Under the pieces are notes generated by a model, which was given only the letters and a program-made list of their open reading frames with translations, was not told the origin of the DNA and searched no databases. This document shows, in pieces, positions 13,791-25,300 of a DNA stretch of 64,000 nucleotides. Position numbers and translations under genes: made by a program. Numbering within the stretch: position 1 is the first letter of the stretch; the number at the start of each line of letters is the position of its first letter. This DNA is from Callorhinchus milii (lineage: Eukaryota), in contig NW_024704749.1 of NCBI RefSeq assembly GCF_018977255.1, forward strand, positions 23,188,001 to 23,252,000, given 5' to 3'.

Positions 13791-14128
13791 TCTCAAAGTC
13801 TCCCAAGATGTTGATTTTGTAAATATTGGACTGACTTTATTGTCTGGGAAAGGATTTGGATGTTGGACTTAAATCTTGAATGTATGAGCGGAGTCTTCAC
13901 TGCTGAGTGGAGTTAACATACTGGGCTCAATGGCTGCCCAACTGCTTTGCATTGCAGTTAGCGCATGAAATGTTTGAAGGGGAGTGTATTGGGGTGGGGG
14001 GGGGGAATAGTGGAGTAAAGGGGTTGGAACACAATTTTCTCCAAGTGCATAAAACATTTTTCTATTTATTTGGAATTGGTTGTTTGGTCTGTGTAAAATG
14101 TAGAAGATGTTTTCTACTGTAATTGACC

Positions 14129-14134
14129 AATAAA
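14129..14134 (+). terminator. Probable HSPA5 polyadenylation signal
   Basis: First AATAAA, ~340 nt after the stop codon, followed by GT/T-rich sequence. A second AATAAA lies at 14411. Confidence 0.55.
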
Positions 14135-15521
14135 TGTTATGTTTGATATGAATGCTCCTTTCCTCGTCTTGAAAATGCTCTATTGCGTTTAGAATGATTG
14201 CCGGAATGTTTTGAGATCTGTAGGATACACAATGTGGTGCCAAGCTTTTGACCTCACAGTATTTCTAACTATTTTGGCTACTTCTAACTTGTGATCAAAC
14301 CAAGAATGATATCTGATCTAAGGACTTGTACTAGCGAAGAACCCAACTCAGTCCATTTTGATCAGGATGGGAACCTTGACAAAAGATTACCAGGTGTAAT
14401 GATATTCAATAATAAATTGTTTTGATTTAGTGGCTTTCAGGTGGAAGCTTTATTGGTCATTGGACAAGTGATAGCTAACTTATTCTTTACAGTACAATAA
14501 GCCCTGTGGTCTTGGATGAAGAAAATACTTTTAGATTCTCAGTAAAGTACTACCCAACCAATAGAGGGTTCTAGGGTCATTGTAACAAAATGAGATTTAA
14601 AGACTTATTTGTAGAATTGTATCTGAAACCAAAAGGGAACTTTGGGAGCTATCATTAGTACTTGTTAAACCAGGATAGTTTTAATATGTGACAATGTTGA
14701 AAGAATGTAATGAATTGGGCAATGTAACATTTTAGCTGCAGGATGACCTGGTCTTTTGGAAAAGTTTCCCACCAGTACAGCAAATAGTGAGTATATGCCT
14801 CATGTTGCCCAAACTGCAAGATGTAAATGGCATCTACTCCCATTTGGAATTGGAACATCCCTACCACCCATCAATGTGCATGTATTTGGGGAAACTATTC
14901 TAAACTTACACACTGCTATGCAAAGTGTCTTTCCCAGATAGTAACCAGTGCAGTGTGTGCTAACCTTTACCTAATGCACAAGTTTTAAATGGCATCTGTA
15001 CAATTTGAATTGTAGATGTGCAAACTCAACTTCAAGCTTGTAATGCGGTACCCAGATATTTTATAAATAAAAATGAAGAAAATGAATGGATGAATATTTA
15101 TAATTTCTGAATTTCAATAAAATTGTGATTGTTTTTTTTCCTCCTACTACACTGAAAACAGAATAGCACTTATTCAAATTGGGTTGATTGCACTTAAGAT
15201 AGAACTGTGAAAACAATTACACAGAAAGTTCCCAAATCAGAAATAATGAACAATGAAAAACAATGTTTTAATGAGCTGGACATCGCTGCCCTTTTGTCCA
15301 CATGTAAACTTTTAAATGCAGCCATTTTCTGACCATGATGGTTTAAAATATCTTAAAGCTAGACAGACGATGGAAAACAAATGCACTGTTTTATAGGACG
15401 TCTTGGGTGAGTAGTTACAATTGGACCCCATTATAACAGGCTTCGGTATAGCAATGATTCATTTATAGTGCTGGCCTCAATTGGCTTGCTTCCCTTAATA
15501 TGCTGCACTTGCTCAGAACAT

Positions 15522-15846
15522 TGGAGTCCTGTAGCTTAGTGGTTAGAGCATTTGTCTCAAGTGAGAGAACCTAGGTGAAACGTTGGGCAAGATTCCTTAT
15601 GCCACATACCTTTGTTTAGCGGGCAGTAAGTAGAAACCCAGTTAGTTGATTGGTGGATCACTTTTCCAGGGGTAATAAATACCTTTTAAAAAAAAAGTCA
15701 CTCAATCCACAACTGGCTGTGTGCAATTGGCTGCTGGTTTCTCACACAAAGTGCAGTTGATTCACAGTATTCTGTGAAGTGCTTTGAGATGTCTTGAAGA
15801 TATGATAAAGCGCTATATTAAATGCAAGGATTTTTTAATATATTAT
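15522..15846 (+). mobile_element. tRNA-headed Deu-SINE
   Basis: GGAGTCCTGTAGCTTAGTGGTTAGAGC head, Deu core and AAATGCAAGGA tail. Confidence 0.8.
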
Positions 15847-16036
15847 AGAAGACATGCCAGGATCAGCAGCCTCCCTTGCAGTTGCAGGAAACACCAGAGA
15901 GCAGTCACTGCTGACCAGCTGCTGGAAGTGACATCAGAGGTGACTTGACAACTCAAAACTAGTGGTTGTTTTTATAACCAGAGCCTGACTTTTAAACACC
16001 CAACTCACCGTGCTACATATATCAGGATCTAATGTA

Positions 16037-19000
16037 TCACTGATCATCAAGCAGGGTAACATAGCAGTCATTGTAGATTTCCCCTCCAGTGTCCATCCCT
16101 CCAAATATCAAGCAGACATGGACAGTTGTCGGGGTATCTCTTTCACTCTTGCAGTGCTGATCAGGCCTCAAAGATTCCTCAGCCACTTCTCCCTTCGCAG
16201 TATCTTTGTCATTTTTGATTGTTTCACAAGGCCTGCTTGCTGCTTCTGTCCTGACTTTCCAGGGTAAGACACACATGGCATGATCCAGGCTCCTGGGAGG
16301 CAGGCTGGAGTCAAACTTTAATAGCATCCAGCAACGTCTTTCTGTGTGAATTGGGAAAAAAATGTTACTTCATATTAAGTACAGTATAGAAAAGTCCAAG
16401 ATAGGGTTCTAAGCTGGCTAATGTACAACTATCAGTTTAATGAGGAAAATAATTTATATTTATTTGATTGAAGGCTTACTGTGAATGGTGGTGGAGTTCT
16501 GAAATGTCAGACCAATGCTGCTGGGTGTGCTTCCTCGTGATTCACAACCAATGGGAAGCACTTACCGATGTGGTACTTGTACATGCTGTTCAGTGCTCCT
16601 GTAGTGTCCATTCCGCCAAAGATGTAAATGTACTTTCCCAAGGAAACAGACGAATGAGCAGCACACCCAGCTGGGACATCTCCCTTCACTTTCAGCTTTT
16701 CCCATTTCATGGTAACTGAAGGCGCAAAATACACACTAAATAATGTCTGGTGCAACACATTTCCATTCATATTTATCAATTATGTGAGAAATAAAATAAT
16801 TTCTTATTCAGGACCTACCTGTGTTGAGACTGTACATGTCATTGAGAAACTTGACCCCCGCTAATCCTCCATGGACAAATAACTTGCTACCAACAGCCAC
16901 CATCACATGACCATGCCGTGGAGTTGGGCTCTTTCCTTCTGTTGATGGCTGAGACCAACTGAGTGAGGCTTTAGAAATTCAGTGCATTAATACTTTATAA
17001 TTGATACATTTCGTAATCCTACATTTGATACAGCACCTTTTACGCCAGAAGGATGTCTCCAAGCGTTTCACAGGATACGCTATTGACTGTGTTTTGCAAG
17101 CAACCCCTTTAGTCTTCAGTACTCTTTACGTAAAGTACAGTGAAATCCCCCACTCGTTAACCAGTAAGAAATCAGCTGATCTCAGCGGGAACAGCAAATG
17201 GAGCGTTACAATTAATTAGCCTCAGAGTGTGGGACAGACAGGGGAAAGGTTCAACTGTGGGCAGTGCATAGAAGCGGTTGGTTTGGAGGAGGTGGATAGG
17301 ATTTTTCACCAGTAAAATCAAAGTACAGATCTTATTGCCATGCTTTTGTCCCTTGTCCATGCCTTTGTCACCTTGGCTGGACTACTTTAACGCCCTTCAC
17401 CGGTCTCTCCTCCTCCAGTATTCACAAAATCCAGTTCATTCAAAACTCCGCCACCTGCACCAAACTCCATACCCCGATTACTCCAGACCTTGCCAAATTC
17501 CACTGGCTCCATCTCAGAGAGGATCGACTTCAAGATCCTCACTCTAGTGTTTAAATCCCTCCATTCCTTGGCAGCCCTATCTCTAATCCCACAGCAGGTA
17601 GCTGCCTCTGCTCTACTGGGTCTGGCCTCCTCCAGGTCCCACAATTCCTCCGCTCCACCATCGGCGACCGTGAATGTGAACTGCGTTGTCCCAGAACAAG
17701 ATCAGCCATAATCGTGACCTAATAAAATGGCAGAACAGGCTCAAAAAGCCAAGTAGCTTCCTCCTCCTGTACCTAACAAAATCTCTCATGAGGTAAAAGA
17801 GTTGTGCGTACTTGTATCAAATACATGCAGTTGGGTGTCTTGTACAGGCTCTGCTCCTTTGTCTCCCCCACCAAAAACATACAGGCAGTCTCCGATAGCT
17901 GCAGTGGAGCTGTGAAATGTCCGTGGAGTTGGGGGAGTCCCACTCACTGCCGGGCTTCTCCAAGCTCCCGTCTCTGATTCATTAAAAAGAAATTCAACCA
18001 CCGGTTATTTTACAATAAATTACCATGGTTACTTGATTTACAAGAAATACAAAAGACAGCAGAATTTGGAGGTAAGGACAGGCCTGCAAGTAATAATAAT
18101 AATCCTTGCATATAATATAGCGCCTTATCACGTCTTCGAGGCGTCTTAAAGCACTTTACAGAATATGCTGTAAAGTGAATTGACTATATTTTGTGGGTGA
18201 AACACAGCAGCCATTAATGCCCCACAAACAGTCGTGGATTGAGTGACAAAATTTTTTTTATAAAAAGGGATTATTACACCCGGAAAAGCGATCTGCCAAT
18301 CCACTAACAACTGGTTCCTACTTACTGTTAGGTAAACAGGCGTGTGGAGTAAGGAAACTTGTCCAACATTTTGCCTTGCCCAGGAATCGAACCCAGGTCC
18401 ACTCGCTTGTGAGGCAAATGCCCCGACCACTAAGCTACATGACCAAATCAAAGGAGCACTTGGATGTCAAAGTTTTCTTGTCCTTTCTCTGACCGAGCTT
18501 GTGAATGACAGAAGGACATCAGCGAGGTACGGAAATTGGTCGTGAAATGTAACTTTACCAAAGTTCAAAACTTGAACGCAGTTCCTGTTTCCACATTGAT
18601 CTGCGCCACCAAACAGCCACAGATTGTCAGATCTGTTTGCGGGAATAAAGGTGCAATGCTCGTAACGTGGCAACAGCCCCTCCCATTCTGGGATGTTCCA
18701 CTCAAGCGTGTCTATGTGAGAAGAGGAGCAAAAAAAAATCAGCAAATGTTCACTCAGGGGTTAATAAGCAGGAGGTAATCTAGAAGTAAATGACAGGAGT
18801 TTAACACAAACCAGGAACCATACTGTTCTTTGCTGAGATTCACACAACAACTCATTGGGACATGCTAAGATTAATGCTACATGTTCCAGATGTGTTCTGA
18901 CCACACCATTGGCAATAGGAATTTAAATTTATACAGCACCTTTCACACAGCATGAACTTCTCAAAGCACATATCAAACATTATTGTGAGCACTGAGTAAG

Positions 19001-20909
19001 TAGGAAGGGAGAATCAAGCATTATAGAATTATACAGCACAGAAGTATAATTACAGTAAGCTTCCCTTTTAGAGAAAGTGAGCCCAGTCAAGCAAATGGGT
19101 TTTGGTTTGTTTTGCACATAGGGCCAGTGCAGTACTTGCTCTCTCTCTCTGCTCAGGGCACAAGATATAATCATAGAATTAGTAATTTCGGCCCATCGTA
19201 TGTCTGTACCGGCTCTTTGAAAAGAGCTATCCAATTCAATTCCACTCGCCCACGCTCTCCCCATAGCCCTGCAAACTTATCCTCCCCAAATAATTATCTA
19301 CTTCTCTCTTAAAAGTTGTTATGTAATCAGCTTCCACCACCCTTTCAGGCAATGCATTCCAGATCCGAACAACTCGATGTGTGAAAACATTTCTCCTTAC
19401 CTCTCCTGTTTCTTTTAACAATTATTTTAAATCAGTATCCTCGAGTTACTGACCCACCCGCCAGGGGAATTAGTTTCTCCTTGTTCACCCGATCAAATCC
19501 CCTCATAATTTTGAAAACTTCTATTAAGTCTCGTCTTAACCTTCTCTGGTCCAAGGAGAATAATCCTAGCTTCTCTAGCCTCTCCTGATAACTGAAGTCC
19601 CTCATTCCTGGTACCATCTTGGTAAATCTCCTTTGCACCCTCTCCAATGCCTTGACATCCTTCCTAAAGAATAGTTCAGAAATCACTGAAAAATGACCGG
19701 CAACATTCCATGCAAACAAATAATAACAAAATTAAGGCGCTGAACAGTTGGGGATCAGACCCAAGCTTAGGCGGAGGTCAGGGTTGGAGTGAGCGAGGGC
19801 AGAGAGATAGGAATGCAGCAGAAGGCATGGTCGAAAAGGAGGATCTTGAATTGTGCCTTGAATAAAGCAAGGGAGGGAGCAAGGTGAACTGTGGGATGAA
19901 GTTCCAGGGGTCGGAGCAGAGAGGCTGAAAGCCTGGCTGCCAATGGTAGGGCGTATCAGGCGGGAGTCACGGAGCAGGGTGGAGCCTGCTGAGCGGACAG
20001 GTTGATAGGGGGTCAGCAGGTCAGAGATGTAGGAGGGAGCAACGCCGTGGAGAGCCTTGAAAGTGAGGATTTTGAATTCTATCCTCTGAGGGATGGGGAG
20101 CCAATGGAGCCTGGCGAGGTTAGGGGTGATGGTGTGGGAGAGCACATAAGCTGCAGAGTTCGGGATAATCTGCAGCTTGTGGAGGGAAGAGTTGGAGAGG
20201 CCGACAAGGAGGGAGATTCCGTAATCGAGCCTTGAGGTGATGAATGCATGTATGAGGGTTTCGTACATAAGAGATCATTTTACTTAAGAAAGATTGTACT
20301 ATTATGAAATCTGCCTTAGTTAACATGATTAATTTGTGGAGTTCTTACCCAGCTCCAAGATGTGGGCATCAGAGAAGCTGCCATTAGGGTTTGCACCTCC
20401 CACTATAATGACCTTCCCTTTCCCAGAACTGTGCAGAGCGACTGTGAGAGTATGTCCAACTCGAACTCCTGGGTTCTCTCCTTTCGGTACAAGAGTGTAC
20501 CTACAGAGGGCACAAATAGCAAGAAGTTTGTGAGAAGTCAGTGATGTTACGTACAAGCAAACAATCTTCAAACAATGGGATTGTATCATAGATATTCCCA
20601 GCATATGGGCAGTAATCATCCCTGAGAGCTATCAAAATCAGCTGTTCTGCTGAATTTCTCCCCAAATAAACTCTTTAAGAATCTTTTCTCCAACTCCCCA
20701 AAAAGCATGAAGCTTCCTTCCCCTTTAAAATGAGCTGTGCTAGTGATGGAGATGTGGGATGCTTTGTTTCAGTTTCTCAAACAAATGGTCCATCCTCTTA
20801 AACAATATTCATTGTGGAGTTGATGGAGGACAACCACATTGTTTCAGACCACCTACCATATTGCTTTCTGGGGACATTCCTCCGGTTCTAAGACTGCTAT
20901 CAACTCCAT
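16037..20909 (-). CDS. RABEPK: Rab9 effector protein with kelch motifs (p40), 374 aa
   Basis: Coding exons (minus) 20909-20857, 20500-20349, 18711-18559, 17973-17812, 16968-16819, 16715-16566, 16341-16037, all GT-AG, total 1125 nt. Starts MELIAVLEPEECPQKAIWYTL; kelch repeats (RVGH..IVGGANPN, RYEH..LFGGAD, RTFH..VFGGG, RHGH..VHGG, AAHS..IFGGM, RSLDH..IFGGM). Confidence 0.97.
17370..17670 (+). mobile_element. Degenerate L2 ORF2 fragment in RABEPK intron
   Basis: LDYFNAL.. and ERIDFKILTLVFKSLH motifs. Confidence 0.7.
18092..18443 (-). mobile_element. tRNA-headed Deu-SINE (long subfamily)
   Basis: (TAA)n-CCTTGCAT tail, Deu core and tRNA head GGAATCGAACCCAGG..CCACTAAGCTACA read on the plus strand. 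Confidence 0.85.
19175..19670 (-). mobile_element. CR1 LINE 3' fragment
   Basis: KDVKALERVQRRFTKMVPGMRDFSYQERLEKLGLFSL.. CR1 ORF2 C-terminus. Confidence 0.9.
19720..20265 (-). mobile_element. L2 LINE 3' fragment
   Basis: [30 protein letters not shown]2 ORF2 motifs. Confidence 0.9.
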
Positions 20910-21861
20910 CACCTCTTCCCAATAAATCTGGAATAAAGTCAGCAAGTTTTGAATCATCTAAACTTACAGAAAACACATTCTGTATAAATAGCAGGTCCTT
21001 CACAATAATGTAATAATAATCCTACATTTGATACAGCACGTTATCACGTTGAAACACAGTCAAATATATTTTTAAAGCCACAAGTTACTCCATGGCACAG
21101 CATCTTGGAAGCACCCCAACCTATATGCTAAGATCAACCAAGAATATTGAAAAGTCTGAAAGTGTTTCACAGATAATTGTACTTAAGCAGACTCTTTCAT
21201 GTAAAATAAAACATCTTGAGAGCGTTTTAACAATCTGACCCCGGGGGCGAGATCCTGAGACAGGCCACACCTTGTTGTAAGAGGAAGTGATGGGAGACTG
21301 ATGAAAGTAGATGTCGGGACGATGAGGAGAAACAGAAACCAGGAGGGAAAACGCCACGATTTATTTGACAACAGCAGCAGCAGCGGGAAGGCAGGGTTTG
21401 AAGGAGAGGACGACTCCTCTTACGGTATTTGTTTTTGGCGTCTGACACAGGTGGAAACCCATCACCGTCGCTTAAGAGCATCCAAACCCAAACTGAGATC
21501 TCTGTGCATTCCCACCAGCACAAGGGAATCCCAGAGACAGATTGTTGGACCGGAATGCGCTCGCGCTCTCCCCCTCTCTCGCTCTCCCTCCCTGGAGGGG
21601 CGCGTCCTGGCGTTTGATGCAGCGCCTCGTCACATCACGTTGTTGAGACGTCACAGAGCGCTTCACGGAATAGACCGCAAAGTGTAGTGACTGTGCGTTT
21701 CGTGGGCGAAACCCGGCACAGCCAATCGCGCACAGTGGCGATCCCACAAACAGAGGTGGATTGAGTGACCAGATTATTATACAGTTTGTGGGGGGGAAGG
21801 GGGGGATTATTATAACCAACTTCCTGCTTACTACCCGGTAAACAAGAGAGGAATTGCTTAC

Positions 21862-22300
21862 CTAACTGCAGGGAGTATTAGGCTCAGGCTGCAGGAAGAA
21901 GCACAGGCCGCTCACAGCCCCCCCCCCCCCTCCCCCACCTGTTGCTATAGCAACCGCCCCCTCCCGTTGCTATGGGAACCGCAATGCCCCCCCCACCCAC
22001 ACACACGGGTGTCGCCTCACGCTGTGGCTCAGCCGCCAATCAGGAGCCACAGGGCGGGCGGGAGGACGCGGAGCGGCTCGAGCCTTTGGCGAGGCACCGG
22101 GAGGAGAGGCGGCGGGCGGGAGACCGGGGGAGGCGGCTTCTTTCTTTCTTCCCCTCCCTCTCGAGAGTGTGAAGGTCAGGCCTCACGCGCGCGCCATTCC
22201 CCGGGACTCTTCGCTCCGCTCCAGAGACGAGCGGAAACTCGTCACCGGGGCCTCAGCTCAGGCTCGGTCTCGGGGGCGAAAAAAAAACCCCAGTCCCAAA
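21862..22300. promoter_or_regulatory. Bidirectional CpG-island promoter of RABEPK (-) and PPP6C (+), including the RABEPK non-coding exon 1 donor
   Basis: Minus-strand donor TAG|GTAAGC at 21862; X-boxes GTTGCTATAGCAAC (21941-21954) and GTTGCTATGGGAAC (21966-21979); CCAAT ~22036; GC boxes; YY1 motif AAAATGGCG over the PPP6C start. Confidence 0.8.
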
Positions 22301-25300
22301 ATGGCGCCCCTGGACCTGGAGAAGTACGTGGAGATCGCCCGACAGTGCAAGTACCTCCCGGAGAACGACCTGAAGGTGAGAACGACCTGAAGGCCCCACT
22401 CGCGCGCTCTCTCTCTCTCTCCTCACCCCGCTCCGCAGCCCCGGGAAAATGGCTCCAACCTGAGGTGTTTCTCTCTCTCACTCCGCGCCTCCCCTTAGTT
22501 CCGGGCCTTCAGCGTCTGCAGCGGCTTCAGTATCTTCCAGCCAAGCCTCCGTACAGCAGCGGTGACCGGCGGGTCAGGGCCGGGCCGGGGTGGGGTCAGG
22601 GGGCCTCTCTAGCCGACTCCAAACCCAAGGCGATGCTGTTGGGTCGGTCTGTCGAGCGGACCTGTCACTGTGAGCAGCCTCTCCCGCTTCCTGCTCCGTT
22701 TGTACCACTTGTCAAACCCTCTCTTCATCTCATCTCACCCCATCTCCACCCCCTCCCTCCCCGGGTCCTTCCTGCACTTGTACTCCCAACTGTAATAACA
22801 ATAATTAATAATAATCCCTGCATTTGATATCGCGTCATTGTCACGTCTTCAAGACGCCCCAAAGCGCTTCACAGAATATACAAGACTATGTTTTGTAGGC
22901 GAAATCTTGCTCTGTAACTGTAATTTAAGCGCCCAGACACTACCCTGCATGAAGGGCTCTGTATAGGTGCAAATTGTTGTTGTAACCTCGATCTTCTTTT
23001 AACCAGTGTTTTTTTAATGAGCAGCAATCTCTGATTCACTCTTATTGTCGGTAAATGTTTTATAACATCTGGCTTTCAAACTCTTAATGTGCAGTTGAGG
23101 AACCTCTCTCCCCCACCCCTTATCTTCCCCAAAAAGAATCACAATTTTGTTGGTCTCCAAAATATCTATCAGGAGCTTTTTTTTCTCTGCAAACTGCTTT
23201 GAGTCCTGTGTTTTGCTTTTAATGTGGTTGTAGTTTGCACACCCAAGGAAGCTTTCAAAACACTGCACTGAGATGCTGATTTTAAGTTTCTGTTCATTTT
23301 CTAGCGATTATGTGACTACGTGTGTGACTTGCTGTTGGAAGAGTCCAATGTGCAGCCAGTTTCTACGCCAGTTACAGTTTGTGGGGACATACATGGACAG
23401 GTAACAAGTACTTTATTTCTCCCCGTCCCTCCCTCTTCTGGAGGTGTGACCTAATTTTGGAGTTTAGGTCAGAGTGTTTGTGTTTGGGTCCTTACTCGAA
23501 TTGTTGCAATTGGCCTCAGTGTCCTTGGTATTTGAGGGGTCCAGGCATCCATTCTATTATTCTCATTGCTATCCACTGACACTTACATGCATGTGTTGTG
23601 CAGTTGAGATTGATTTGATACTATAATAATAATAATACTGTACTGTATTGATACTACTGTATAGTTGAATACTGTATAGCCCACTGATGGATGACATAGG
23701 TTCACACACCAGTGATTTGCACTTGATGCATTGGACAGTTGCAGGACCGATGCTCCAGCTCGAGTCTGAACTTAAAGTGATATTTTGGAGATTGAATGTA
23801 AACTTTGCTTCTGATACATATACTTCAGTGTTTTTAACCAATCCCTACACAACCATTGCAAGTCTTAGAGTGATCCATAAATAATTTGAATTGTTATTGC
23901 CATTTCTTGTTGCATAGTCTACTTCCAGCTATCAATTGCTCTGTATGGAATTTTTCCATGAGCAGTAAATTCTGAGCTGAGATTCCTATGGTGCCTGCTA
24001 GCCTTTTTAATAGGGGTGAGGGAAAAGCAGCATATGTAGGCACGAAGGGCAAACGCACTTAAGATAAATCTTCCCAATGAGTCAGAGGATAATTAATTAT
24101 ATTGCAGAGATGAGGGAGGTTCTTGGTTTGAACTTCGTTCTGGGCTATTTCTGAGCCAGATTAGTAGTATTTGCTCTGAAAACTGCAGTCTGTGAAATCT
24201 AGTGACCATTCTTACCTATATGAATGCCTGAGGGCCTGCGAATGTGAGAGACCGAACACCACTAATTTAGTGGCAAGTAACTGTAAATATTCCCAAGCAG
24301 AATTTAAGTGGTTTCATCAAGGGTTAAATAAGGCTGACACATTTATTTTGTCCTTAGTTTGTGATGTCCAAAGGTTTGCCCCGTCGTCCCCTAAATTTGT
24401 CTCATCACCAAGATATTACTACTTCACTGAAGAAATAATGGTGAAATATACTTACAAATGCCTGACATTTACTTTTTCAGTTACATTAGTTATTTATGGA
24501 TTAAAGTAGTTTTTTCAGCTTGTATTTTGAAATGAGCTTTTTGCTTTACCAAAGTACTATCCTACACTTGAATATAGTGTGAAAAGTAATAATCAAATTG
24601 TCTTTGTCATGTATCAAGTTTAACGGAAATGAATATAAATACTGTACTGCAAGCTTTGAGATTTTATATCTTGTACTCCTCAAATGGTTAGTTTCACATC
24701 TATTCTCATGTTCCAAAATAACTTGAAATAAGTGACCAAGATTGATAACTGTTTTTAATAACTGTTTATGAACTGCATAATGCACATTCCCCCAATTTGT
24801 CGTATAGAAAGTTTATAGTGCTTTTGTTGCTCAAAAACACTATTATTTCAAACATCTGCAGTTGTAGTATTATACAAACTGCAAAATGCTGTATTGGTCT
24901 TAAAATAAAATCACTGTTTGCAATGGTAATTATTTCTTTTGTACTTTGCGATGTTTTGATTGATTATCAGCTGTAAAGATGCAAGTTTTAAAATAGATTA
25001 GCTTTGTTTTATAAAAGGGTTTGTATTCAATTCATAGCATAACCTACACCTTTTGATGTCTTTGCAGTTTTATGACTTGGGTGAGCTGTTCAGAACTGGG
25101 GGTCAAGTTCCTGACACAAACTACATATTTATGGTAAGTTTTTTTTGTAAGATATCTTTGTAACATATTCGACTGTATCTGTGGGTGTATTTTTTAAAAA
25201 AAATACTATTTCCCTGAATGTGATTGAAACCCGTGCTATAAATAGTGTTTTCCTTCCAGCCTGGTTAGTAAACTTCACTCCATCTTTACTACAAAAGTTC

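Noticed and set aside
21967-22827. 286-aa ORF over the PPP6C start
   Set aside because: GC-rich CpG-island frame with a non-ATG start, out of frame with the real PPP6C exon 1.
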